This document shows positions 13,516-24,503 of a DNA stretch of 64,000 nucleotides, in pieces. Source of the stretch: Isurus oxyrinchus. Its lineage: Eukaryota. The notes under the pieces are model-generated. The model saw nothing but the letters and a program-made list of their open reading frames with translations. It was not told the origin of the DNA and ran no database searches. The first letter of the stretch is position 1. Every line of letters begins with the position of its first letter. The translations under genes were made by a program, and so were the position numbers. Where the stretch lies: assembly GCA_026770705.1 (NCBI GenBank), contig JANJGN010000011.1:111414001-111478000 (forward strand), read 5' to 3'.

Positions 13516-13621
13516 AAACAAAAACAGAATTACCTGGAAAAACTCAGCAGGTCTGGCAGCAACGGCGGAGAAGAAAAGAGTTGACGTTTCGAGTCCTCAT
13601 GACCCTTCGACAGAACTTGAT
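13516..13621 (-). mobile_element. Young 106-bp Penelope-like pLTR 3'-end insertion
   Basis: Reverse complement of 37101-37204 with one mismatch by eye; TSD CAATGTA at 13509-13515 and 13622-13628. Confidence 0.9.
13579..13617 (-). ncRNA. Minimal type-I hammerhead ribozyme-like motif (CUGUCGA core variant)
   Basis: AGUU-CUGUCGA-A-GGGUC(augag)GACUC-GAAAC-GUC-AACU: helix I AGUU/AACU, 5-bp helix II, palindromic ACGU helix III. Confidence 0.65.
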
Positions 13622-13886
13622 CAATGTAGTACTGTTTCCCAAGGTTCCCAGTACTGAAGTGAATCTCATACAGTCTGATGAATTTAAATTAAATTCCTCA
13701 CACAGGCCATTACTGCACAGCATTCTGATGACCCTGTTGTCTCCGTTCAAGCCATTCAGACACACGTTTCTCTCGGTTGATGGTACTACATAGCTTAACA
13801 GAGAGAAAAAAATTCTCAGAAATATCCATGGAAATATCGAAATACTGACATCTGTTAAAAAATAATAAAGTCATATTCTTCTAATT

Positions 13887-14350
13887 GCGGGGTTGCAGTG
13901 GCATAGTGGCATTGCCACTGGACTAGTAATCCAGAGACCCAGGGACCTGGGTTCGAATCCCATGACAGCAGATGGTAGAATTTGAATTCAATCAATAAAA
14001 ATCTGGAATTAAAAGTCTAAAGATGACTATGAAACCAATTGTCGTAAAAACTCATCTGGCTCACTAATGTCCTTTAAGGGAGGAAATCTGCAGTCCTTAT
14101 GTGGTCTGGCCCACATGTGACTCTAGATCCACAGCAATGTAGTTGACTCAAATGCCCTTTAAAATGGCCTATCAAGCCACTCAGTTGTATCAAGCTGCTG
14201 GAAGGTCAATAAGGATAGTGCACCTACACCACATGGATTGTAGCAGTTCAAGAAGGCAGCTCACCACCACCTTCTCAAGGGCAATTAGGGATAGGCAATA
14301 CATGTTGGCCTAGTCAGCAATGCCCATTTCCCATGAGGAATAAAAAAAAA
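13887..14350 (+). mobile_element. tRNA-derived SINE with LINE family B tail
   Basis: Box A TGGCATAGTGG (13899), box B GGTTCGAATCC (13950), body shared with 18332-18702, 3' ~125 nt matching the LINE B end, poly-A. Confidence 0.85.
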
Positions 14351-14556
14351 TTCTGTACCTCACTTCTCTTCATAAAAGAAAGTTCTTAAAATGAAAGGAC
14401 ATTACTGCAATTCAATCCTGATTTCCAAATGAAATATTGTTTTTCTTATGGAGGGAACAATTTATCTCTAGTACTATAAAAAATTGTGCCAAAACATATT
14501 TAGCATTTTCAAAACTCCACACCAGATTGATTGTAAACCACATGTAGAGAGAAGCT

Positions 14557-14852
14557 TGTGGTCATCTGAGATGCAATACATCTTTAAGAGAATGTGAGCA
14601 GATTGACCATGTAACTGTATTACCCAATTGCTGTGTAGCGTGGGCTACAATGTTAAACAGTAGTTTAGAATAAGGTCTGGTTGAAGAAGCACACATTGTG
14701 TTACTGCTCTGTTACTTGTGTACATAAACAGCATGTGCTTCAGTTTGTATTTGTCCCTGCGTCTGCAGTATATTGTTTGCCAATGCACCCACCAGTAGAT
14801 AGGCGTGTAACTGTGTTCGCGAGCAAAGCCACCCGACAGAAGGAACATAACA
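14557..14852 (+). repeat. 5' LTR of Gypsy element 2
   Basis: Direct repeat of 17253-17548; about 46/296 mismatches by hand count, no indels. Confidence 0.95.
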
Positions 14853-14992
14853 ACTGGCAACAGGACAAAACATGACCAGTCAATGACATCAAAGAAAGCA
14901 GCAAAGATTCCACTGAAGTGAATCAGCCGTACCTTGCAGACCGATTGTATATACAACCCTCACCATAGTCATCGAAGGTATCTCCCTCCAGT

Positions 14993-17179
14993 AATGCTAC
15001 AGTTTGGCTGTATCAAACCGTTTGATCAGACCACCGATGACTGCTCACATTATATTGAACAATAAATTTGAATGTACATTGAACCATATATTGAATATAT
15101 AGTTATTGAACATATTGAATATATATTGAACTATATATTGAATGTATGTTCTTATTTTAGGCCATCGATATATCGTGGGAGGAAACAGGGCGGGCGGGTG
15201 TTCCCCTTATTGACATGTGGCAGTAAAATATACTGCCTAGTTTGTAGTCTAACGGCACCCAACGCCCCAGATTCCAAGAGCTTTGATGAGTTGGTAATTC
15301 TTGTGAAAAGCCACTTTCAGCTGAAATCCTCAGTAACAACACAGCTTTTAAAATTTAATTTGAGGTGTCAGGCTCCTGGAGAGACAGTCGCTTACTATGT
15401 AGCAGCCTTAAAACAACTGACAGAACGCTGTGAGTTCAGGACGTCGATTAACGACATGTTAAGAGACTGATTAGTGTGTGGGATTAATGAAGACGCCATT
15501 CAAAAAAGGTTTTGTCAGAAACGAATTTAGACTTCAGCAAGGCACTGGAGTTGGTGCTCACAATGGAGAGCGTGTTCAGGGATTCAGAAGAAATCAAGGG
15601 AGCACAAAATGGGAGGAAAGCATTGATTAGAAATGGCATGGACGCGCAGGACTCAGCGGAAAGGCAGGAAACAGCCACTATTAACAGACCAGCAAAAAGC
15701 AATGGTTTAACAGAGAAAACCCACGTTCATAATGATAGACATGGAATCAGACAGCCTGCAAATGAAAGACAATTTAAACGAATCGAGTGTTTCTACTGCT
15801 ATCGCAATGGGCACATTATGCAATATTGTAAAGACAGATTGAGACAAAATTTTAAACAAAAAGTTAGAATTCGTGAAATCCACATAATAGAGGAACCAGA
15901 AGAAACAGAGTCAGATATTTACTCACTACACAACTTAAAAATGGTTAAAACAGGGCCAATCTACATAGCAGTGCAAGTCAATGGAAAACCCATCCGCTGG
16001 ATACAGGGGCACCCACGATAGTTCTCGGGCAATATACATTTAAATATCTAAATGGAGGAGACCATCCATTAAATCTGGAACATTCAGATGCTAAACTAAA
16101 GACGTACACTGGTAAGAGGTATATGCAAAGTTCCAGTACAGTATGAAAATCAGTCTGTTAATCTACCCCTAATAGTGATAGCAAGCAGAGGACTGAGTCT
16201 CCTCGGAAGAAACTGGTTAAGAGAGATTAATCTTGAGAGACTACTGAGATCTCAATTAGAAAGAGGAAATGTTACTATTTGGAAAAAGGAGCATGTAAAA
16301 ACTCAACCAAAGGTACTCGTAGAGGTGATGCCTCAGGACAGAGTTCGAGTTGAAGGCAGTAGCCTTCAAAAAGATAAAGAAAACCTGCTGAAGGACTTTC
16401 GGCTATTTCAAGATTCCCTCAAATCCCAATTTATACCACTAAAAAGATATGAGGAAGAACAGAAAGAATTCAACATATCCTGGAACGAGATGAAGAGTAA
16501 ATTAGCCGAGAAAATGCAACAGTGCTTAATTCCCAAGGGAACTAACAAATATAAATAAGAAATGGAAGCGTTGAACAATCAGCTATGTAAAAACCAAGAA
16601 GCTTTAAAGATAGAGACCCCTGAGTTTTCGAAGGAGCTGATAGTTGAGGAAATTCTGGGAGACTCAATCACTGAGTTTACTCAAGTTGAGCTTACACCTG
16701 AACCTAATCTGGCCAATAGGGAAATTGAAAAGAAGGCTGAGATCAAAGTCAGCGCTGCCAAGAAGAAGACCCATCAAAAGAAGACACCTAAGAAGAAAAA
16801 GAAGAATCTTTTTACACAACAGGAAGCTGATCATACAATGTTAAATTTAGCTTTGCCCACATCTTGATTTTGAGAACTTTCCTGACAGTTGAACTTGGAG
16901 GGGAGGGGCAGCAGGAGTGCATGCGATGGGACCCAAAAGATGGTGAAAGCATTCCTGCTGGAGTCTACACCACACAAAGAAGGAACTTTCCTTAGTTTGG
17001 AAGCACCTGTAGGATCTGTTGTACCTGAGAGGGTCGAAGAGACAAAATTACAGGTTCCTACTGGAGAGCCTAGTGGACAGATAACTCCTGAGAGGGAGGC
17101 CTCGGATAAGCCATCCGAAGTCAGAGAACTACAACGTTCAACATAGTTGAAGAAGCCTTCAGCGAGACTGAATTTGTAA
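14993..17179 (+). pseudogene. gag-protease-coiled coil-Lys-rich-integrase tail fusion ORF, decayed
   Basis: ORFs 16175-16558, 16562-16867 and 16889-17146 share one frame, running from protease LLGRNWL to the typical Gypsy IN C-terminus (QRST*LKKPSARLNL*). Confidence 0.8.
15051..15143 (+). repeat. Degenerate tandem repeat (TATATTGAA)n inside gag
   Basis: About 8 imperfect copies of tatattgaa. Confidence 0.8.
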
Positions 17180-17252
17180 ATAGTTTATTTATGTAAACAG
17201 TTGATATATTGTAAAAATTGTAAAATTGTACTTTCGAGTAAAGGGGGAGGGA

Positions 17253-17548
17253 TGTGGTCATCTGAGGTGCAATATACCTTTAAAAGAATGTGGGCCGATT
17301 GGCCATTTGACTGTATTACCCAATTGCTGTGTAGCGCAAGTTACAATGTTAATCAGTAGTTTAGAATAGTGTCTGGTTGGAGAAGCACACATTGTGTTAC
17401 TGTTCTATTACTTGTGTAAATAACCAGCATGTGCTTCATCTTATATTGGTCTCTGTGTCTGTGGTATATCCTTTGCCAACTCACCCTCAGGTAGATAGTC
17501 GTGCAAATGTGTTCACAAACAAAGCAACCTGGCAGAAGGAACATAGCA
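17253..17548 (+). repeat. 3' LTR of Gypsy element 2
   Basis: Preceded by the PPT and followed by TSD AAGCT (17549-17553). Confidence 0.95.
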
Positions 17549-17659
17549 AAGCTCAATTTATAAATTGATCTAGAGGATAGCTCTTTCAACTTAATTTAAT
17601 TAATATTAGGACAACAGTACCCAGGACAAACTAACTGCTTGATTAACATGTCATCCATG

Positions 17660-18025
17660 GGCTTAAACAGCCAATCCCTCCAACACCACATCCCATGATT
17701 GCACAATCAACAGGATGAACTGTGGCAACTTGCCAAGGAAGCACTGCCCAAACCAATGATGATCTAGAAAGTCAAGGGGAACAAGTACATAGAAACCACC
17801 ACCTCCAAGTTTATCTCCAATAATCTCCAAGTCACAGACTATCCTCACTTGAACATTTATCAAGATTCCTCATTGTTACTGGGACAAAATGCTGGTATTT
17901 CCTACATTGGCATATTGTATGAACACATGGACTGCAGCGATTCAAGAAGGTTCACCACCACTTTCTCAAGAACACCTTGGGATGATCAATAAATGCCAGT
18001 GATTCCCATATCCTGAATAAATATT
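17660..18025 (+). mobile_element. LINE family B 3' fragment
   Basis: ccctccaacacca...ttcaagaaggttcaccaccactttctcaag...aataaatg, same as the LINE B end. Confidence 0.8.
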
Positions 18026-18331
18026 TTAAAAACTCTGCTCTTGCATGCTTTTTCAGTCTCACTTTTTATTTAAATTATTTGAATGGTGGATTTTGTGCTA
18101 TAGAATGTTAATGTTCTGATGATGTGTACCATGAAGACACATAGCACAGAGAGTGAAGGTTAAATCAATGGATGAGTTAGTTTGCTTCTTCTCACTGACT
18201 TCAACACACTTGATATTGATAAATGTATTACTCATTCTTCTATGATGATTTGCACGAGATGACATGATTGCATAAGCTTCCCTGTTGAGGCTTCGGAAGT
18301 CAGTAGGATTTTACAACTGCTTATTTATGTG

Positions 18332-18702
18332 TAGGAGGAGGCAATGATGTATTGGTGGTGTCATTGGATGAGTAATCCAGAGGCCCAGGCTAATGCTCTG
18401 GGAACACAGGTTCAAATTCCACCATGTCTGAATTCAATTAATTAAATCTGGAATTGAAAGCTAGTCTCAGTAATTGAGACCATGAAACCATTGTTGATTG
18501 TTGTAAAAACCCATATGGTTCATTAATGTCCGTTAGGGAAGGAAATCTACTGTATTCTGGCCTACATGTGACTCCAGACCTCCAGTAATGTTGTTGACTC
18601 TTAAATGCCTCTGAAATGGCCTAGCAAGCCATTCAGTTTAAGGGCAATTAGGGATGGACAACAAATGGCCTTGCCATCGATACTCACATCCCATGAAAGA
18701 AT
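18332..18702 (+). mobile_element. tRNA-derived SINE (same family as 13887, shorter tail)
   Basis: Degenerate box A/B (ggttcaaattcc), shared body gtaaaaaccca...aatgtcc.ttagggaaggaaatct...gtgactccaga, tail aagggcaattagggatgg. Confidence 0.85.
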
Positions 18703-18704
18703 AA

Positions 18705-19030
18705 ACAAGGAATAGAGGAAAAGCAGCAGTCCAAGGACATTCTGCCATTCACTTAGATCACGGGTGATCCGTGTCTTAACTCCATCTACCTGCAGTGGCC
18801 CTGTAGCCATTAATGCCCTTGTCTGACAAAAATATATCAAATTCACTTTTGAAAATTTTAATTGGCCTAGCTTCAACAGCTTTTGAAGAGTATGTTTCAG
18901 ATTTCCACTATTCTTTGCACAAAGAAGGTTATCCCCTTGTTCTGGATTCTCTCTAGGGGATTTTTTTCCTCTCCATCTACCCTATCAAATCCTTTCAACA
19001 CCTTAAATACCTTAGTTAAGTCATCCCTTT
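18705..19030 (-). mobile_element. CR1 3' fragment (deleted)
   Basis: Reverse complement resembles CR1 3' ORF2/UTR (ccatctaccctatcaaatcctttcaacaccttaaatac). Confidence 0.6.
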
Positions 19031-19414
19031 ATCACAGAAAAGTTGGATTGAAAATACATTCGAGTGGATTGTATCTTGAGTTACTGTTTTTTTGGGCTGC
19101 AGATACAATTTAAAGGTCTTGGCAGTCATCTTACATAAACTGAATCACTTAGGGAGACTGGTGCAACCATTGGTTGATGTGACCCAAAGCTCAATGTACC
19201 ACTAATGAATACTGAATACAACAGCAGCCTGGAGTTTCCATTAACTTGTGATTTTTTTTTCTTTCTGTGCAAAGGTTCATGGAGTTTCAAGCACAGATTC
19301 TGGCCAGCCTAAGTCAAGTTTCTGTGATATTTTGCGCCCGTTTAAAAAACATTGTGCTAGAAGCCAACCCATGTCACAAAACTGGTAACACCTCCAGATT
19401 GAATGAATTCCAAA

Positions 19415-22230
19415 GGGAGGACCCAACATCTGTGGTTAAATAAAAAAGTTAATTACAGTATCAAACAGAAAAAATATATAACCGTACAAAGAAGGGTGGT
19501 AGGGCAGAAGATTGGAGAGAATATAAATAATATCAAAGAATGACCAAAGGGTTAATAAGGATGGAAATATTAGAGTACAAAAGAAAGATAGCGAGAAATA
19601 TGAAAACAGATAGTAAGAGTTTCTATAGCTATAGATATTTAAAACAGAGGACTTAACAAAGTGAGCACTGGTCCTATAGAAAGTGTGTTTGGGGAACTGA
19701 TAATGGAAAGTAAGGAGATAGGGAGAAGGGGGAATGAATTGAACAGATATTTTGCATTGGTCTCCACTTTAGAGGGTGCAAGTAACATCCCAGAAATAGC
19801 TGTAAATTAGGAAATGGAAGGGAGGGAGGAACTCAGAAAAAGTGCAATCACCAGAGAAATAGTATTAAGCATATTGTTGGGACTGCGGGCTGATAAATCC
19901 CCAGGTCTGAATGGACTTCACCCTTTGGTCCTAAAATAAGAGGCTAGTGAGATAGTTGATGCATTGGTTTTAACTTTGGACCTCCCTGCTCACTGTGGAT
20001 GGATGGGCACGGAGCTGGGAAACCTGGTGCTCAGACCATCTTCCACAATGGCAGTGACCAGCTGAGGTCAATGCTGAGGTAAGAGCTTGCTCGTCAGAGC
20101 ACATCCCCAGGAAGCCCTGATGGGTCTCCTGGAGGAGCCTCTCCACGAGAGTTGCCACTCTCTCCATCGAGGTTGCATGGCGCTCAACCAAGAGGCTCAT
20201 TGCTTTGGTGATAGTCAGTGTAGACTCCTCCACCATGGACACCAAGCCAGCATAGCCTCACGTATCTCCCCCAGGTGCTCCCACACACTTGGCTGCATTT
20301 CCTGCACCTGCTGCATCGCGGACAACTCCAGAGACACATCATCAGGCACCGACTGAGCATGTGCCTGGTCCCCTGCAGGTCCTCCGACTGCTGGCACCAT
20401 AGGCACTCTCTGTCCTTGCCAGCTCCTCCAGCAACTGTGAAGTGCCTTCACCACTGTGCCCCAGGATATTAGCCGATGCTGTAATTCCCTGGCGCCTGCC
20501 TGGCAGAGATGGTGTGACACTGGAACAGCAGAGGCCCTCAGGTGTGAGAGGGGGCCTCTGCTGTTCCTTCTCCTGACCCTGTTGATGCTGAAAGGAAGAA
20601 CAAGGACATTGGATCAGTTAATGTGTAGACAATGACAAAGTCTATCCCTGTCTCCCGGATAATTATGCGCTCATCCTTCCATAACCAATGGTCATGCCAT
20701 GTTGCAAACTTCAATTACTGAACATTCAGCACTGCCTTAGCTGTTGGGAGAATAATGGTAACTTCAATGCATATCTGCCTGTGGCACCACAGCCTCATTG
20801 ACATCGGTGGACCTGGGTGCATGGCGCCTCTCCAAATCTAGGGCCTCCTGCTCGAAGTGGCTGAGAATCACCATCTGTGCTGGCCCTCCGTCAGTCCTCA
20901 CCCTCTCGGCTGCATTATGTGCATTCTTCTCCTGAAGAGGAGAGAAGAGCATTGATTAATGCTACTTGTATCTGGACTCTCCTCGGGGATGGCCACACCC
21001 CAACCAGAGTGGGACATTGCAGAGCTCCAGTGCCTTCTCATCCCACTGCTGCTGAACACTCACACAAAGATGCTGGGCCTGTTCCGCGCCCCCACTCCAC
21101 CCTCACCCCAACTCCTTGGTCAAACGTTGCCTACATCACATTTGGCACCACATGATCTAACCTTCCATAGCAAGGAGACACAAGCACGTAGAGCACAGAG
21201 GGCAGCAGATCGATCAGTGCCACGCCATTTTGAAGCTCCCCTCCCCACATGTCATCACCCTGACTTGGACATGTCCTGTAGTTCCAGTACTGCGCCTAGG
21301 AGCAGCTCCTCCAGGTTGTCCCCAAAACAGTCATGTAGGTCTCAGTGTATCACATGCTGCGGCGCAGAGCCCATCTCTTCATCACTCTCTCGGGCTGACC
21401 TCAGCAGGGGGAATATCTGCTGGCCCACCCAGCAAAGGACACATTCTGTCAATGATTCAACACAGTCACTACACTTAGACTTGTTTGGCGGGGTGGGGGG
21501 GGACCAGGGGCAAAAGTCTACCTGCTGGGTTAAGTGACTAATGTCAGCATGGCACTCACAAACCCTGAGCTCAATAGGTCTTTGAAGCGCTTACAGCACT
21601 GGATCCAGGTGGGCCGCACCACATCAATGGAGCTCACCACCTCCACCGCCTCCTCCCAGGCACGTTTGGTCATTTGGTCCTTCTCCTGTCCTGGGGAACC
21701 AGCACCTCCTGCCGTGCTGCCACCTGCTTGGGGAGGGCAGCAAGGCAATCATTGGAAAAACAAAGGGCACAGTGCCCCCTTGCCCTACCCTCCTGCCTGG
21801 CCTGCTCACCAGCAGTGCTCTGGGGAGCAATTCCACTGGCCATGATTCACAGCCTTTGAAAGGCTGAAGCAGCTTTTTAAAACAGGCCGCCGGAGTCACC
21901 ATTGGACCCAACAGTCATTGCAGTCCCACCGCTACCCGTCCACTCCCCCTGTCCTCGGGAGCGCGATTCACGCTGGGTAGGCGTTAATTGATCTGCCCAT
22001 GTAAAATAGTGGGGTGGACCTGACCGCGGGCGGCGATCGGGTCCAAGCCCGCCCACGTCTGCACCCACTCCCACCCCCCCCCCCAACCCCCACCACCAGC
22101 CAGAAAATTCTGCCCCGGGGTAGACAGGAATGTGGGGTGAGTGTAGAATCAGGTCAGGCCTGATCTTATTGAATGGTGGAGCAGGCTCGGAATGGCCCAC
22201 TCCTGCTCCTAAATCATTTGTTTGTGTGCT
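19415..22230 (+). mobile_element. CR1 LINE split by Harbinger B (pieces 19415-19973 and 22116-22230)
   Basis: EN-RT linker (KSFY, LNRYFALV, DKSPGLNGLHP) on the left; CR1 3' UTR ttgaatggtggagcaggctc...cctgctcctaa on the right. Confidence 0.85.
19974..22115 (-). mobile_element. Harbinger element B: right half with three-exon Myb/SANT gene, transposase half missing
   Basis: TIR gaaaattctgccc 22103-22115. Exon 1 to 21560 (TKRAWEEAVEVVSSIDVVRPTWIQCCKRFKDLL|gtgagt), exon 2 20931-20775, exon 3 from 20587. Closely similar to 29450-30356. Confidence 0.9.
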
Positions 22231-22709
22231 CATTGCGAGTTTCTGCTAATTGCGCCAGTTTGGAGGCTGAGGAGGCACTTAAAATGAAGCATGTTCAGGC
22301 ACAAGCACACTAATATGTATGTATCAAAGCTTTTGAACATATATTTTTTTCATTTTGTTAAACTCATTTTCAACTGTGTTAATCTAACTACATCAAGCTA
22401 CCTCTTAGGTATATCAAGGCACATTATTTAAAGCAAAGATTGTTTTTAAATTACACTCAAATTCTGGTTCATGGTAGATTTTACATTTGTTGATTATTTA
22501 AATTAGCTTGAGTGTATGTTGAAGAAGAAAACTTCTCATAATTAGCACAATTCTGGGTATAACTTGAGCCCCTACATCTATAACACTATAGCTTTCACTT
22601 TTAGTAAAAGTAATTGAGATTTAAGTTAGTTGACAGAATCAGAATCAATAAATACTACCTTACTAGCTAGGTTTAATCTAACATTAGCATTGAGATTCAG
22701 TTTTTCTAA

Positions 22710-23299
22710 GGGCAGAGCTTTACGTGCCGTGGGCGGGCATGCGCCTGACCCAATCAGGCAGAAAATTGCGACAGATGACGCCAGGTGAGCACCCTGATGT
22801 CATCGCCAATATTTTGCTCAGCGGGCGCACATGGCAGTCGAAAGCGAGCCTGCTGACAATTAAGCAGGCAATTCAGCCCATTAATGGCGCAATTGAACAT
22901 GATTTTTCGTGGCCCGTCTAGCCTGATGGTTGTCGGATGCTACACGGACATTTTTCTCAGCTTTTTTTATGTTTTATTTTATTAGTTGCAGGTCTGCAGC
23001 TCCCTGAGGCAGCCGTCTGCCTTCAGGGAGCTCACTCGCAGTGCTAACCCGTGCCCATGGTGACATCATCGCCAGCACTATTCCCGCCACCCCCCCCCCA
23101 CCCCCACCCCCTCCCCACCCCCCCGTCCCCCACCCCGGAAGCCCTGAGCTTTTCAGCGCATGTTTCACGCTGGCTGGCCTTTAATTGGCCAGCCAGCGTG
23201 AAATCACAGTCAGGAGTCAATCGCAGTCAGGGGCCTGTTTCCCGACCACTCCTGGGCCTGCCGATTGCGCGCGCCTGATGAGGGGAAAACTTCAGGCCC
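22710..23299. mobile_element. Harbinger-derived MITE
   Basis: taa|gggcagagcttt ... aaaacttcaggccc; subterminal motifs shared with element A and 38016-38530. Confidence 0.8.
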
Positions 23300-24164
23300 A
23301 TGTATTTTAGAGTTTAGTTTGCAAGGACTAATATGCTTTTAGGTTAAGTCTCTGACTTGGATTTTTAAATGCAGAGACTACAGCCTCTTTCATGTAATAG
23401 GAGCTTATTTTATTTCATGAGCAGTTCAGTTGGTTTTTGATGATATATGAATTCAGGTTTATCAAATCCTGCTTACCAAATATGTTTCCTTATTCATTGC
23501 AAAACCTTCCAAAAATCTACTTCTTATACTCTACCAAAAACACCCCAAATGTCTTCTCAATGTACAAGCTTAGGCGACTGCAATTGAATATCACTTCAGC
23601 AGCAACTGAACCCAGTATAAACATATTTTAATCAAGTATTTTGAAAGAAGTTATTCAGCTGGAAAAGACATGAAGCTAAAGGGTCCCAAAATAATTAGTA
23701 TATCATAACTTTACTGATTATTTTATTTTGTTTGGAGGGATCAGTACACCGAGTTAACAACGACAAGACAGGAAGAATAATGAGTTAGGAAAATATATCA
23801 TAAATTGGATGTATTAATTTCATTTTATTGATATAAACTTTAATTCAAATAGTCACAAACCTAATTGAATAATTTCATGTTTTTCATTAAGCTAGACATA
23901 ATGTCCTGAGAAACTCAGACATTATATTCACCCAAGTGAAAGGTAACAAGTATCTATGGACTTTCAGTTTCAATTGGATTTTCCTGATGTGCCAACCTGT
24001 GCATTGCCATATTTATTACAAGTTTACCTCGTGCCAACAGAAATGGAAAAAAATACAACCAGTGTAGCTGATTCACACTTCAGGATGGTGGATGTTCCTT
24101 TGCTCACTCCAGTCCCTGCATGGGAATAAACTGAAGAGTAGGAAATACATTTTTAAAAATAAGA

Positions 24165-24420
24165 TAAAAGCAAAATACTGCAGATGCTGGAACTCTGAAA
24201 CAAAAAATAGAAAATGATAGAAATGCTCAGCAGGTCTGACAGCCTCTGTGGAGAGAGAAACAAAGTTAACATTTCGAGTCCATATGACCCTTCTTCAGAG
24301 AATGGCTTCATCTACAGGCTCTGAAGAAGAGTCATACAGACTCGAAACATTAACTCTGTTTCTCTCTCCACAGATGCTGCCAGACCTGCTGAGCTTTTCC
24401 AGCATTTTCTGTTTTCATTA
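24165..24420. mobile_element. Palindromic Penelope-derived mini-element (two inverted pLTR ends)
   Basis: Arms ~24200-24300 and 24319-24419 are reverse complements around an ~18-nt spacer; each has a CTGAAGA..GAAA hammerhead motif. Confidence 0.85.
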
Positions 24421-24503
24421 AAAAAAAAGACCCTGCAGATATTTTATGCTCACTTATATATTTTTAATTTGGCTTCAAAGCTTCTTTACCATACTTAGCG
24501 TAA

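Larger units (their letters stand above)
14557..17548 (+). mobile_element. Complete non-autonomous Gypsy LTR element lacking RT/RNaseH/IN core
   Basis: Two 296-bp LTRs (TG...CA), TSD AAGCT on both sides, PBS tggcaacagga 14855-14865, PPT aaagggggaggga 17240-17252, gag with CFYCYRNGHIMQYC knuckle, protease DTG at 16000. Confidence 0.95.

Noticed and set aside
13887-13965. tRNA gene
   Set aside because: Box A/B are present but there is no convincing cloverleaf, and the sequence continues into a SINE body and LINE tail.
16230-16867. Retroviral env gene
   Set aside because: No signal peptide, fusion peptide or transmembrane segment, and it sits in place of pol rather than after it.
20959-21537. 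192-aa plus-strand ORF and similar antisense ORFs over GC-rich elements
   Set aside because: Antisense to the Harbinger Myb intron; a by-product of GC richness.
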